Below are positions 39,912 through 48,011 of a stretch of 64,000 nt of DNA, one piece after another. The notes beneath the pieces were generated by a model. It had not been told where the DNA came from, did no database searches, and saw only the letters and a program-made list of their open reading frames with translations. Source of the stretch: a virus; IMG/VR virus record IMGVR_UViG_3300032323_001800, positions 64,001 to 128,000 of that record, one strand, 5' to 3'. Position 1 is the stretch's first letter; every line of letters starts with the position of its first letter. Position numbers and translations under genes: made by a program.

Positions 39912-40290
39912 AGCGGTTTTTTGGCTTGCGCAGGCCTAAGTTCGTGCGCTCTAAACCTGGTCAATCGTGGTCACAGGGACGGAATTCCATGCCGCAATGG
40001 TACTCAGCAACTACCCATAATGGATGAAGATCGCTCAAAGCCTGCGATTGTGCTGTTTGAAAAGGAAAAACAAAGGTAAAATGAGGGGAGAGAAACCCCG
40101 GATTATTAGATCAGTTAGCGTTGATTTAATAATTGCCGTCATATAAAGACGCAGCTCGTGGTACAGGATGACCGCCACTGTAATGCTGTAACGCTAAGTG
40201 ATATTGTTCGACTCGGATAATGTTTTTATCTTTGCCCGGCCTGGGCAAAGTGTGACTGAACGATCTGGATAATACTTAAAATGCTTCGCA
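39912..40290 (+). ncRNA. candidate large structured non-coding RNA (family not recognised)
   Basis: No plus-strand ORF longer than about 21 codons. About 46% GC by hand count (161/349 nt, 39912-40260). Long-range helix 39964-39975/40251-40264; 14-bp stem 40101-40114/40121-40134 with G-U pairs; 8-nt pseudoknot 40115-40122/40190-40197; hairpins at 40085-40099, 40137-40151 and 40230-40250. Confidence 0.65.
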
Positions 40291-40328
40291 TACTATAAGT
40301 ACATCAGTATTAAAGAAAGAAACAAAAT

Positions 40329-40372
40329 GTGTTTGAGCGAAGCGATAAACACGAGTGAGCGTAAGCTCACTC
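40329..40372. repeat. two adjacent inverted repeats (GCGAAGC-containing; GTAA-loop)
   Basis: gtgttt..gcgaagc..aaacac at 40329-40352; gagtgagc-gtaa-gctcactc at 40353-40372. Confidence 0.85.
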
Positions 40373-40376
40373 TTAT

Positions 40377-40384
40377 AATAAATA
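40377..40384 (+). promoter_or_regulatory. late promoter AATAAATA
   Basis: Upstream of an AGGA SD and the ATG at 40412. Confidence 0.6.
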
Positions 40385-40411
40385 AGACTATTATCTTGCA
40401 GGAAATATAAA

Positions 40412-41590
40412 ATGAAAATTACTGACTTAATCGTAGAACAACAATTAGATGAAAAGCCTATGGGAGCTCTATCTGGTATAGGAAATAAAATAGCTTCTAA
40501 ATTTGGTAGTGGCAAAGCTATAGGTAAGTTAGATACTGGGAAGATCGCTAACGATTTAAGAAAGCAGTTTGACATATATCTAGGAAAGACTGGAGAACCA
40601 GCTGAACCTCAAGCTATTATTGATTTCTTATCATCAATGGGGTTACCTACTGATGCTGTTAATGCTAGCTCTGCTGCTGCAACAACAACAGCTCCTGCTA
40701 AAGATATGAAATCAACATTGGGTATCGGTAAAAATGCCGGACAACCAATGGCAACACCTAATCAACCTAAACGAGTTGATCCTACATTAGATCCTAGCGC
40801 ACCAATAGCAGCACCAAATCAACCATCAAGAGTTGATCCTACATTAGATCCTGCTGCGGGTGATACAACCAACTACGATATTCCTACCTTCCAACGCAAG
40901 GGCATGGCACCTCCTGTAACACAGCCAATGGATAAAAATAAATTTAATCAATCTGCTCTTAAAGCTAGATTAAAAGCAGGCTCTGGTGCTGGAAAAGTTA
41001 AAACAGGATTTGGTGGTTACAAAGCTGCCGCGGCTGCTAAAGGACTAAAAGCAGGCATGTATGACTCTGTGTCATACGACGATCTTAAACAAGAATTATT
41101 TTTAACAGAAGCACTAAGCGGTGGGCAAATAGATAAAATATTTCTTGCTACAGCACAATTAATGGCCAAACAAGGATTTGCAGGCGGAAATAACGCAGCA
41201 GCACCGGGTTCTAGCGCAGCAGCACCATCCGGCGCATCAAATACAGCAGCACCGGGTCCAGGCAGCAATCCTCAAAGTTTAGCAAAATCATTCTTGCAAG
41301 GATATAAAGATACACCTGGTGGCCAAAAAGGACAATCTAGTGCCTTTAATAAAACACAAGATCCAAACCAAGACTTTGCTGGAAATTTAAATTTCAATCA
41401 ATTGGCAAAACTATTGCCTAACACTGATCAACAAACATTAATCAGAGCACTGCGATTAGTTATTGGTGGTGGAAAATTAAATCAACAGCAGCTAGGTGTG
41501 TTAGGTGTTGCGATGACAGACATTGTTAAAGCAGATGCCCAAACAACTACTAAAATTATGCAGACTTTGAAAAGAATTAGTGCTGAATAA
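40412..41590 (+). CDS. low-complexity protein, probable internal head/ejected protein (392 aa)
   Basis: MKITDLIVE start, L/I-x-E sites, Ala/Pro/Gly-rich linkers, late promoter upstream; function is inferred. Confidence 0.55.
   Translation: MKITDLIVEQQLDEKPMGALSGIGNKIASKFGSGKAIGKLDTGKIANDLRKQFDIYLGKTGEPAEPQAIIDFLSSMGLPTDAVNASSAAATTTAPAKDMKSTLGIGKNAGQPMATPNQPKRVDPTLDPSAPIAAPNQPSRVDPTLDPAAGDTTNYDIPTFQRKGMAPPVTQPMDKNKFNQSALKARLKAGSGAGKVKTGFGGYKAAAAAKGLKAGMYDSVSYDDLKQELFLTEALSGGQIDKIFLATAQLMAKQGFAGGNNAAAPGSSAAAPSGASNTAAPGPGSNPQSLAKSFLQGYKDTPGGQKGQSSAFNKTQDPNQDFAGNLNFNQLAKLLPNTDQQTLIRALRLVIGGGKLNQQQLGVLGVAMTDIVKADAQTTTKIMQTLKRISAE
40773..40852 (+). repeat. 23-bp direct repeat, 57-nt period (RVDPTLDP x2)
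   Basis: gagttgatcctacattagatcct at 40773-40795 and 40830-40852. Confidence 0.9.
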
Positions 41591-41785
41591 TTAAAAGAAC
41601 GGTAGTCCTGATTTTTTAGTTGTTTCAAAATTTTCTTTGATTATATCGTCTATAATATCTCTTTCGTCAGAAGTTAAATTCATAGACTCGGCGTAGCTAA
41701 TACCGCCTCTCATATACCAAACAGTTCTAAGAGCGTTAGCTTTTATTATCTTGACTTCTTTTTCCATGGCCTCCGACTCCGCCAA
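41591..41785 (-). CDS. gp51-like tail/hub chaperone domain, probably made as the -1 frameshift extension of the upstream gene
   Basis: VWYMRGGISYAESMNLT...II..N motif; the frame stays open upstream to the slippery site at 41821-41827. Confidence 0.65.
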   Translation of the reverse strand: MAESEAMEKEVKIIKANALRTVWYMRGGISYAESMNLTSDERDIIDDIIKENFETTKKSGLPFF

Positions 41786-41805
41786 GATGCTAGGGATATC
41801 TAGTG

Positions 41806-42660
41806 TCAGGAGGCGGCGCCGAAAAAATCGGCTTGGTCAAACGATAAATTAACTTGATACTGATGCTTACAATGTGGGCATTCAGTTGATAACGCATCAA
41901 TCTTTCCAGCATCTCTTGATTTAGATACAGCATCCTGTACTAAAGAAAATATCTTTTTATCTGTGTTAGCTAAAAATTCTTTAATAAACGCAGTATCAGT
42001 AACAATACCCGCAGAACATTCAATCTTGTCAATTGAATCAGACACAGTGTCTATGGTTAATTCAGTTAATTTAATAAAACTAGTTTGAAATAATTCTAAT
42101 TTTTTATCATCGGATATTGATTCATCATTGACGATTGAAAAAATTCTCTGTTGTTCAAAGGTTTTTAATGCTGTTCTTGTAATTTGATCATAGGTTAAAG
42201 GTCTGATCCAAAGCAGCATGTCATTATCTACTTCAAGACGAGTTGAAAACTCTATCTGTCTTAGGCTGTCTAATAGATTTCGAAGATCAACCATTTTTTC
42301 GTCTTGCTCATTACAGTTAGGACATGTAGTACCTACCTCCATTTCTTGACCAAATGTAGCATATCTTATAGATATTAGTACTGCATCGACGTCGATAGCT
42401 GGCATGAACCAAGGATTTTTAATATTGGGCACACAGCTTTTTATAACTTCGACCGTTGAAGCGCCATTCATAAGCGCATCCGGTGTGCGCATCAACAGCT
42501 CGTCTTTAGCAGTCATGGCAAACACCGGTAACTCTCCATTTTCCGGCATGTCTAATGCGTTTGGTGGATAGAATTTTCCTTTGCTAGGCAAGGTCATATA
42601 GATCTTTGGTTGTCTAAAAAACTGCGATAGCGGATTTTTTACCTGATTGTTTTGTTCCAT
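41806..42660 (-). CDS. gp26: gp26-like baseplate hub / tape-measure chaperone
   Basis: NPLSQFFRQPKIYMTLPSKG, MTAKDELL, DVDAVLISIRYATFG, two CxxC pairs (CPNC, CPHC). Start at 42660 or 42672; the track start at 42837 lies inside the divergent tape measure gene. Confidence 0.75.
   Translation of the reverse strand: MEQNNQVKNPLSQFFRQPKIYMTLPSKGKFYPPNALDMPENGELPVFAMTAKDELLMRTPDALMNGASTVEVIKSCVPNIKNPWFMPAIDVDAVLISIRYATFGQEMEVGTTCPNCNEQDEKMVDLRNLLDSLRQIEFSTRLEVDNDMLLWIRPLTYDQITRTALKTFEQQRIFSIVNDESISDDKKLELFQTSFIKLTELTIDTVSDSIDKIECSAGIVTDTAFIKEFLANTDKKIFSLVQDAVSKSRDAGKIDALSTECPHCKHQYQVNLSFDQADFFGAAS
41821..41827 (-). promoter_or_regulatory. candidate -1 programmed frameshift heptamer T TTT TTC
   Basis: X XXY YYZ in the correct phase, four sense codons before the stop (GAT TTT TTC GGC GCC GCC TCC TGA); GC-rich stem begins 7 nt downstream. 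Confidence 0.7.
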
Positions 42661-42669
42661 TTTTTTATC

Positions 42670-42677
42670 CATAAATA
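42670..42677 (+). promoter_or_regulatory. late promoter CATAAATA for the tape measure gene
   Basis: TAAATA in the divergent gap; AGGA SD before the ATG at 42740. Confidence 0.55.
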
Positions 42678-42695
42678 AGTGTATATCTTGAAAAG

Positions 42696-42703
42696 TATTT
42701 ATA
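42696..42703 (-). promoter_or_regulatory. late promoter TATAAATA for the gp26-like gene
   Basis: Exact T4 late consensus on the minus strand. Confidence 0.65.
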
Positions 42704-42739
42704 TACGTAGTTTTCAGTGAAAAATATTTAGGACTATAA

Positions 42740-45427
42740 ATGACCGGAAGAGTTGAAATATTTGGTGGGCAATTAGATGGATCAGTGTTATCCAATGCTG
42801 CTACCGAATCTACCTTAAGAGAATTAGTTAATGCCATTAACGGGGTTACTGGCGCAGGTGGTCAAGGCGGTGGCGCTGGCGGAGGTGGTAGCGGAGCTGC
42901 TGGTGGAGTTACCGGTGGGTTTAAAGGCATATCAAAAGTAGCATCAACACTAGCTGGCAGTTTAGGTTCTATGACTAAACTTGTGGTTTCTGGAAATCAA
43001 AGCTTAGGCACATTTGTAGGATCATTAAAAACCGGTATCAAAGGTATTGATAAATTTACAGATGCTGCCGCAGGATTTGTAAAATACTTTGAAGAAGCAC
43101 AGGGAACTTTAAGAGATTTAAGTAAAAACGGTGCTGCATTTAATAACAGTGTATTAGATTTAAAAGAAGCAGCCAGCACAGCTGAAATGGAATTAACACA
43201 ATTTCAAAAGGCTATTCAAATGAACGCCAAAGGATTGCTAGGATACGGTTTAACTTTAACACAGAGTGCGCAACGTGCCTCTAGAATTATCAAAGCAGGC
43301 AGCGATTCAGGTGTAACTACTGCTTTGATGAATTTGGGAATGAGTTCCGAAGAAAGCAGAGAATACATTATGGAATTTTCTGCGTCATTGGCAAAAAGTA
43401 ATAGAGTTCGTGCAACATCGGACGTAACGTTAGCACAAGCATCATTATCATATTATAAAGAACTTGATGCTATAGCAAAAATTACGGGTAAGTCACGCGA
43501 GCAGCAAGAAGAACAACTGAAAGAATTAACTGCTGAAGCAGTGTTTAAATCAAAATTAGCTAGATTAGATGTAGATAAACAGAAAGAAATTCGAATAACA
43601 ATGGCTAAGATACAGGCCAAACAAGGAATGGAAGCAGCACGAATATATAGAGACCAGATAATCGGAGTTTCAGTTCCATTAAGAAAGGCTGCTAGAATGC
43701 AGACAGCATTGTTTAGTGACTCAACAGAAGCTAATAGAAGATTAGCAGATGCTCAATTACGAGGTGTTGTTGGTCAAGAACGAATTAATGAAGTTGTGAA
43801 TAACGGAACAGTTACTAACGCAAAAGCTGCACAGGGATTAGAACATCTTGCTGCCGTAGGAGTAGCAGGTGGCGAATCTGCTGCTGCGGTAGCGGACGCA
43901 TACAAGAGTGTTGTTACACCTATTCTAGACATGGGTGAAAACGTCGATGAAGTTAGTAACGCATCGTTGACGGCTAAAGATAAAGAAGCAAAGGCAGAAC
44001 AGGAACGTATAGGAGTAATGGATAAGACCTTAAATCAATTCCAGGACGCAGTCACACGAGTTCAGGCAGCTCTTGAACGATTAAAAAATACAATTATGCG
44101 AGTAACTACTGAGGCATTAGAACCATTAATTACATGGGCTGGAGAGTTTTTTACAAAAGCATCTCATCTAGCGTCGCAGGGATTAGACAAATTAGCAGAT
44201 TGGATCGAAAGATCGTCTCATCAGTTTGGAACATATGTCGATAAATGGTGGTTTTCTATTAAAGAATTCTTTGGGCCTAAGCTTTTTGTTAAGGTAGGGT
44301 TAGTTTTAGAAAATGGATTTTTAAATATCATGGCCAATGTCATGGAAGCAATTGGAAAGCAGCTCGATAGGGTTGGGTTAGGCGGGCCTATGCTACGGGC
44401 TGCTAAAAATATGAGAGATGCTATAGTAGAAAATACCAGAGCATTTGAGGAAGCTAAGGAAGCAGAAAAGGATCAACTAACTAAAGACAAAGAAGCATTA
44501 GATGCTAGGTTGAGAGTTAGAGAAGCTGAACAAAGAGCAATTGTAGCTGCGCAGCAACAAAGAAGTGCAGGCCGGAGGGAAGCTGCTAGCGCAAGAACTG
44601 CTCCGGCAGAAGCGCAAGCAGGAGTTATTGCTCATTTACAAAAATCAGGTATAACAGATCCTAGAGCAATCGCTAACGTTCTAGCAATGATTCAGGGTGA
44701 AACTGGATTTAGACAAAGAAGTGAGGATTCGCTTGCCGGCACATCAGTTGGTGATATTAGAAATCGAATATTTAAAGGTAATCGAGGTATAGCATCACTA
44801 ACTGATGATCAAATCAACGAAATGAAAAAAGGTGATTCTGCTGGAATATACAATATTGCCTATGACGACAAATATAGAGATCCAAAACATAGACTGGGCA
44901 ATACACAATATGGAGAAGGATTTAAATATCGAGGACGAGGATACCATCAACTTACTGGCAAAGGAAATTACGCAGCAGCATCTAAAGCATTGTTTGGAGA
45001 TGATAGATTAGTTCAAAATCCAGATTTAGTTAATGATCCAAAAATAGCCGGAATGGTAGCAGGTTGGTATTACTCAACAAGCAGTCATGCTAAGGGAAGA
45101 GATCTTACTAATTTTAAAGATGTATACGGTATGACTTCGGGCAACAGTAATAACACCGCTGAGTTATCACGAAGACAGGGATATGCTGACCAATTTTTAC
45201 AACAAATGGGTCCTCAACGAATGGGAAATACCAATCAAGGACCTGCAATTACTGTACCGCCTCCACAATCATCAACAAACCAAGAATCAGCAGTAAATCC
45301 TGTTGCTAATTTAAATAGTAGTATAGACAATATGGTTGCTCTGATGCGAGAACAAATTACACAACAGAAAAATTTAGTTACTGCTGTCAAACGATTAAAC
45401 GGTAATGTACAGACATCAGTTACATAA
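42740..45427 (+). CDS. tape measure-like protein with C-terminal GH19 (lysozyme/chitinase-fold) domain
   Basis: Long Ala/Gln/Lys-rich helical region, then IANVLAMIQGETGF...GEGFKYRGRGYHQLTGKGNY...NPDLV...AGWYY. Confidence 0.8.
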   Translation: MTGRVEIFGGQLDGSVLSNAATESTLRELVNAINGVTGAGGQGGGAGGGGSGAAGGVTGGFKGISKVASTLAGSLGSMTKLVVSGNQSLGTFVGSLKTGIKGIDKFTDAAAGFVKYFEEAQGTLRDLSKNGAAFNNSVLDLKEAASTAEMELTQFQKAIQMNAKGLLGYGLTLTQSAQRASRIIKAGSDSGVTTALMNLGMSSEESREYIMEFSASLAKSNRVRATSDVTLAQASLSYYKELDAIAKITGKSREQQEEQLKELTAEAVFKSKLARLDVDKQKEIRITMAKIQAKQGMEAARIYRDQIIGVSVPLRKAARMQTALFSDSTEANRRLADAQLRGVVGQERINEVVNNGTVTNAKAAQGLEHLAAVGVAGGESAAAVADAYKSVVTPILDMGENVDEVSNASLTAKDKEAKAEQERIGVMDKTLNQFQDAVTRVQAALERLKNTIMRVTTEALEPLITWAGEFFTKASHLASQGLDKLADWIERSSHQFGTYVDKWWFSIKEFFGPKLFVKVGLVLENGFLNIMANVMEAIGKQLDRVGLGGPMLRAAKNMRDAIVENTRAFEEAKEAEKDQLTKDKEALDARLRVREAEQRAIVAAQQQRSAGRREAASARTAPAEAQAGVIAHLQKSGITDPRAIANVLAMIQGETGFRQRSEDSLAGTSVGDIRNRIFKGNRGIASLTDDQINEMKKGDSAGIYNIAYDDKYRDPKHRLGNTQYGEGFKYRGRGYHQLTGKGNYAAASKALFGDDRLVQNPDLVNDPKIAGMVAGWYYSTSSHAKGRDLTNFKDVYGMTSGNSNNTAELSRRQGYADQFLQQMGPQRMGNTNQGPAITVPPPQSSTNQESAVNPVANLNSSIDNMVALMREQITQQKNLVTAVKRLNGNVQTSVT

Positions 45428-45441
45428 AATAGGACAATGAC

Positions 45442-47151
45442 ATGAGTTGGAAAAAACATTTTACACCTGTATCAACAGGCAAACAATCTGGATCGCTAAG
45501 TCCGTTAGGAAATGGATCGCGTCCCGGGCCAGCTCGTGCTAATTATTCCAGTTACCTACCAGATGTGTATGCAGGTACACCTAATCGTGTTGAACGATAC
45601 ACGCAGTATGACACAATGGATATGGACAGCGAAGTTAATGCTGCTCTAGACATTCTAGCAGAGTTTTGTACGCAGGCAAACAAAGAAAACAACACACCGT
45701 TTCAAATTTTCTTTAAAGGATCACCTACTTCAACTGAAGTTAAAATTCTCAAAGAAGGTCTTCAAAAATGGTCTAAGACACAGCAATTTGAAACTCGCAT
45801 GTTTAGAATTTTAAGAAGTACGTTCAAATATGGAGATATGTTTTTTATTAGAGATCCAGAAACACAAAAATGGTTCTATGTTGATCCTGCTAAAGTTGTA
45901 AAAATTATTGTTAATGAAAGCGAAGGTAAGAAGCCCGAGCAATATGTAATTCGAGATATCAATATTAATTTTAGAGATTTAGTTGCTACATCAATAGCAC
46001 CTAACACTAACTCAACACCATCAGGCACATCTTCGTATGTTAGTGGTGGTGCCTTTGGTCGCGGCATGGTTGGATCAGCTCCACAACAAACCGGATCAAG
46101 ATTTTCAACAGGGACTAATGAATTTCCAATTGATGCTAAACATATAATTCATTTAAGCATGAGTGAAGGATTAGATAATAATTATCCTTTTGGTAACTCA
46201 TTATTAGAATCAGTTTTTAAAGTTTATAAACAAAAAGAATTGTTAGAAGATGCGATTATTATCTATCGTGTCCAACGTGCTCCTGAACGTAGAGTGTTTT
46301 ACGTTGATGTAGGTAACATGCCAGCACACATGGCTATGAGTTTCGTTGAACGTGTTAAAAATGAAATACACCAAAGACGCATTCCAAGTCAAACTGGCGG
46401 CGGATCTTCAGTAGTTGATGCTAGTTACAATCCACTAAGCATTTCAGAAGACTACTTCTTTCCGCAAACAGCAGAAGGTCGTGGATCTAAAGTTGATACA
46501 CTACCGGGCGGTACTAATCTAGGTGAAATTGACGATTTAAAATTCTTTACAAACAAATTGTTTAGAGCGTTACGTATTCCTAGCAGCTATTTGCCTACTG
46601 GACCAGACGATGGCCAAGCAGCATTTACTGACGGTAAAGTAGGCACAGCATATATTCAAGAATTAAGATTTAACGAATATTGTAAAAGATTACAAAATAG
46701 CGTTATTGGTGAGTTTGATACAGAATTTAAATTATGGTTGATCAACAGCGGAATCACTATTGACAACAGTTTATTTGAACTAAAATTAAATCCCCCACAA
46801 AACTTTGCTGCGTATCGTCAATCAGAATTAGATAATGCTCGAGTACAGACTTTTGCTGCTTTACAAGAAGTTCCGTACATGAGTAAGAGATTTGCTCTTA
46901 AACGATTCTTAGGTTTAACCCAAGAAGAAATTACGGAAAACGAACGCCAATGGAAAGAAGAAAACGGTGCTAAGATTGCTGCCGATCTTGATGCAGCAGC
47001 CGAAATGCGATCAGTTGGAGTAAGTCCAGCTGGTATATCTGCTGATATGGAAGCATCAGCAGCCGAAGCACCAGACGATCTTGCTGCTCAAGCAGCACCA
47101 GCTGATGGCGGAATAGATCAAACAGCAGCACCAGCTACTCCTGCAGCCTAA
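45442..47151 (+). CDS. gp20: portal vertex protein
   Basis: LLEDAIIIYRVQRAPERRVFYVDVGNMP, EDYFFPQTAEGRGSKVDTLPGG, ELRFNEYCKRLQ. Confidence 0.95.
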   Translation: MSWKKHFTPVSTGKQSGSLSPLGNGSRPGPARANYSSYLPDVYAGTPNRVERYTQYDTMDMDSEVNAALDILAEFCTQANKENNTPFQIFFKGSPTSTEVKILKEGLQKWSKTQQFETRMFRILRSTFKYGDMFFIRDPETQKWFYVDPAKVVKIIVNESEGKKPEQYVIRDININFRDLVATSIAPNTNSTPSGTSSYVSGGAFGRGMVGSAPQQTGSRFSTGTNEFPIDAKHIIHLSMSEGLDNNYPFGNSLLESVFKVYKQKELLEDAIIIYRVQRAPERRVFYVDVGNMPAHMAMSFVERVKNEIHQRRIPSQTGGGSSVVDASYNPLSISEDYFFPQTAEGRGSKVDTLPGGTNLGEIDDLKFFTNKLFRALRIPSSYLPTGPDDGQAAFTDGKVGTAYIQELRFNEYCKRLQNSVIGEFDTEFKLWLINSGITIDNSLFELKLNPPQNFAAYRQSELDNARVQTFAALQEVPYMSKRFALKRFLGLTQEEITENERQWKEENGAKIAADLDAAAEMRSVGVSPAGISADMEASAAEAPDDLAAQAAPADGGIDQTAAPATPAA

Positions 47152-47153
47152 AC

Positions 47154-47161
47154 GATAAATA
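47154..47161 (+). promoter_or_regulatory. late promoter GATAAATA
   Basis: Ends 4 nt before the ATG at 47166. Confidence 0.55.
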
Positions 47162-47165
47162 CAAG

Positions 47166-47411
47166 ATGAAACTTTTAGAATTCTTTTATTTTAACGATCA
47201 AGCAAACGATTTTATCGATGATAAACGTTATGATAGCAGTCGCGACTCTGATGTAATGCAGAAAAGTGATACTAGAAAAGTTCGTTTGACACTAAAAGAC
47301 ATCAATATGCTTCGCAAACAAAGCGAAGCTCATCAGTTTGAGCAGGAGTCCGAAATGGAATTTGTAAGACAAATGTATGGACAACCACCTGCAGAACAAG
47401 CCCCAGTATAA
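47166..47411 (+). CDS. hypothetical protein downstream of portal (81 aa)
   Basis: Clean ORF, DTRKVRLTLKDINMLRK motif; function unknown. Confidence 0.75.
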   Translation: MKLLEFFYFNDQANDFIDDKRYDSSRDSDVMQKSDTRKVRLTLKDINMLRKQSEAHQFEQESEMEFVRQMYGQPPAEQAPV

Positions 47412-48000
47412 TACAGCATTCGTTTTAGGTAATGGTAAAAGTAGGTTACGTCTAAAGTTAGACGAACTTAAATTTCACGCATCTGTATATGGGTGTAATG
47501 CTTTATTTCGTGAATACACTCCTGATTATCTCATAGCCGTTGATGAAAAAATGGTTAGAGAAATAGAAAAAACTGGATACCATTTAAAGAACACAGTTTG
47601 GACTAACCCCAATAAAGGGGTATTAAAAATTTCTGGTTTAAACTATTTTAAACCTCATAAGGGATGGAGCAGTGGGCCAACAGCATTATGGTTAGCAGCA
47701 AAAAACAATCATGAAACAATATATATTTTTGGATTTGATTACGAGGGTATCGATCGAAAAGTAAATAATGTTTATGCTGATACAGCAAATTATAAAAAAA
47801 GCACAGATATTGCTACATATTATGGTAACTGGTTACATCAAACTGAACAGGTGATTCGAGACAATAAACACATTAAATTTGTTAGAGTTATTGATACACT
47901 TAACTTTAGACCACCAACGTTAAATCAAATTACCACTAACTTTGAACATATAAGTTATGATGAGTTTGAAAAGAAATTTCCAGGAATAATAATTAAATAA
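47377..48000 (+). CDS. DUF115/MptE-like or GT29/GT42-like Rossmann protein
   Basis: AFVLGNGKSR, VYGCNAL, PDYLIAVD, SSGPTAL, IYIFGFD. Confidence 0.6.
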   Translation: MDNHLQNKPQYNTAFVLGNGKSRLRLKLDELKFHASVYGCNALFREYTPDYLIAVDEKMVREIEKTGYHLKNTVWTNPNKGVLKISGLNYFKPHKGWSSGPTALWLAAKNNHETIYIFGFDYEGIDRKVNNVYADTANYKKSTDIATYYGNWLHQTEQVIRDNKHIKFVRVIDTLNFRPPTLNQITTNFEHISYDEFEKKFPGIIIK

Positions 48001-48011
48001 GCAGAAACGAT

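Noticed and set aside
39975-40100. Resemblance to RNase P RNA (ggaattccatgcc; gagaaacccc)
   Set aside because: No CR-V sequence able to form P4 was found downstream
40020-40146. Two tiny plus-strand ORFs (19 and 21 codons) in the structured region
   Set aside because: No SD, and they lie across the strongest helices; cannot be fully excluded without ribosome profiling
40201-40220. GTTCGACTC as part of a tRNA or tmRNA
   Set aside because: No 5-bp T-stem, acceptor stem, anticodon arm or CCA end; kept only as a T-loop-like motif
40230-40250. GC-rich hairpin as an intrinsic terminator
   Set aside because: Not followed by a U-run on the plus strand; directly followed by the 3' strand of the long-range helix
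39423-40411. Group I intron carrying a GIY-YIG homing endonuclease
   Set aside because: No interrupted host gene on the flanks and no convincing P7 (GACUA/UAGUC) pair; the nuclease is translationally coupled to the upstream gene
40276-40575. 99-aa minus-strand ORF over the end of the non-coding gap
   Set aside because: Antisense to ORF 40412 and runs through inverted repeats; no protein-like features
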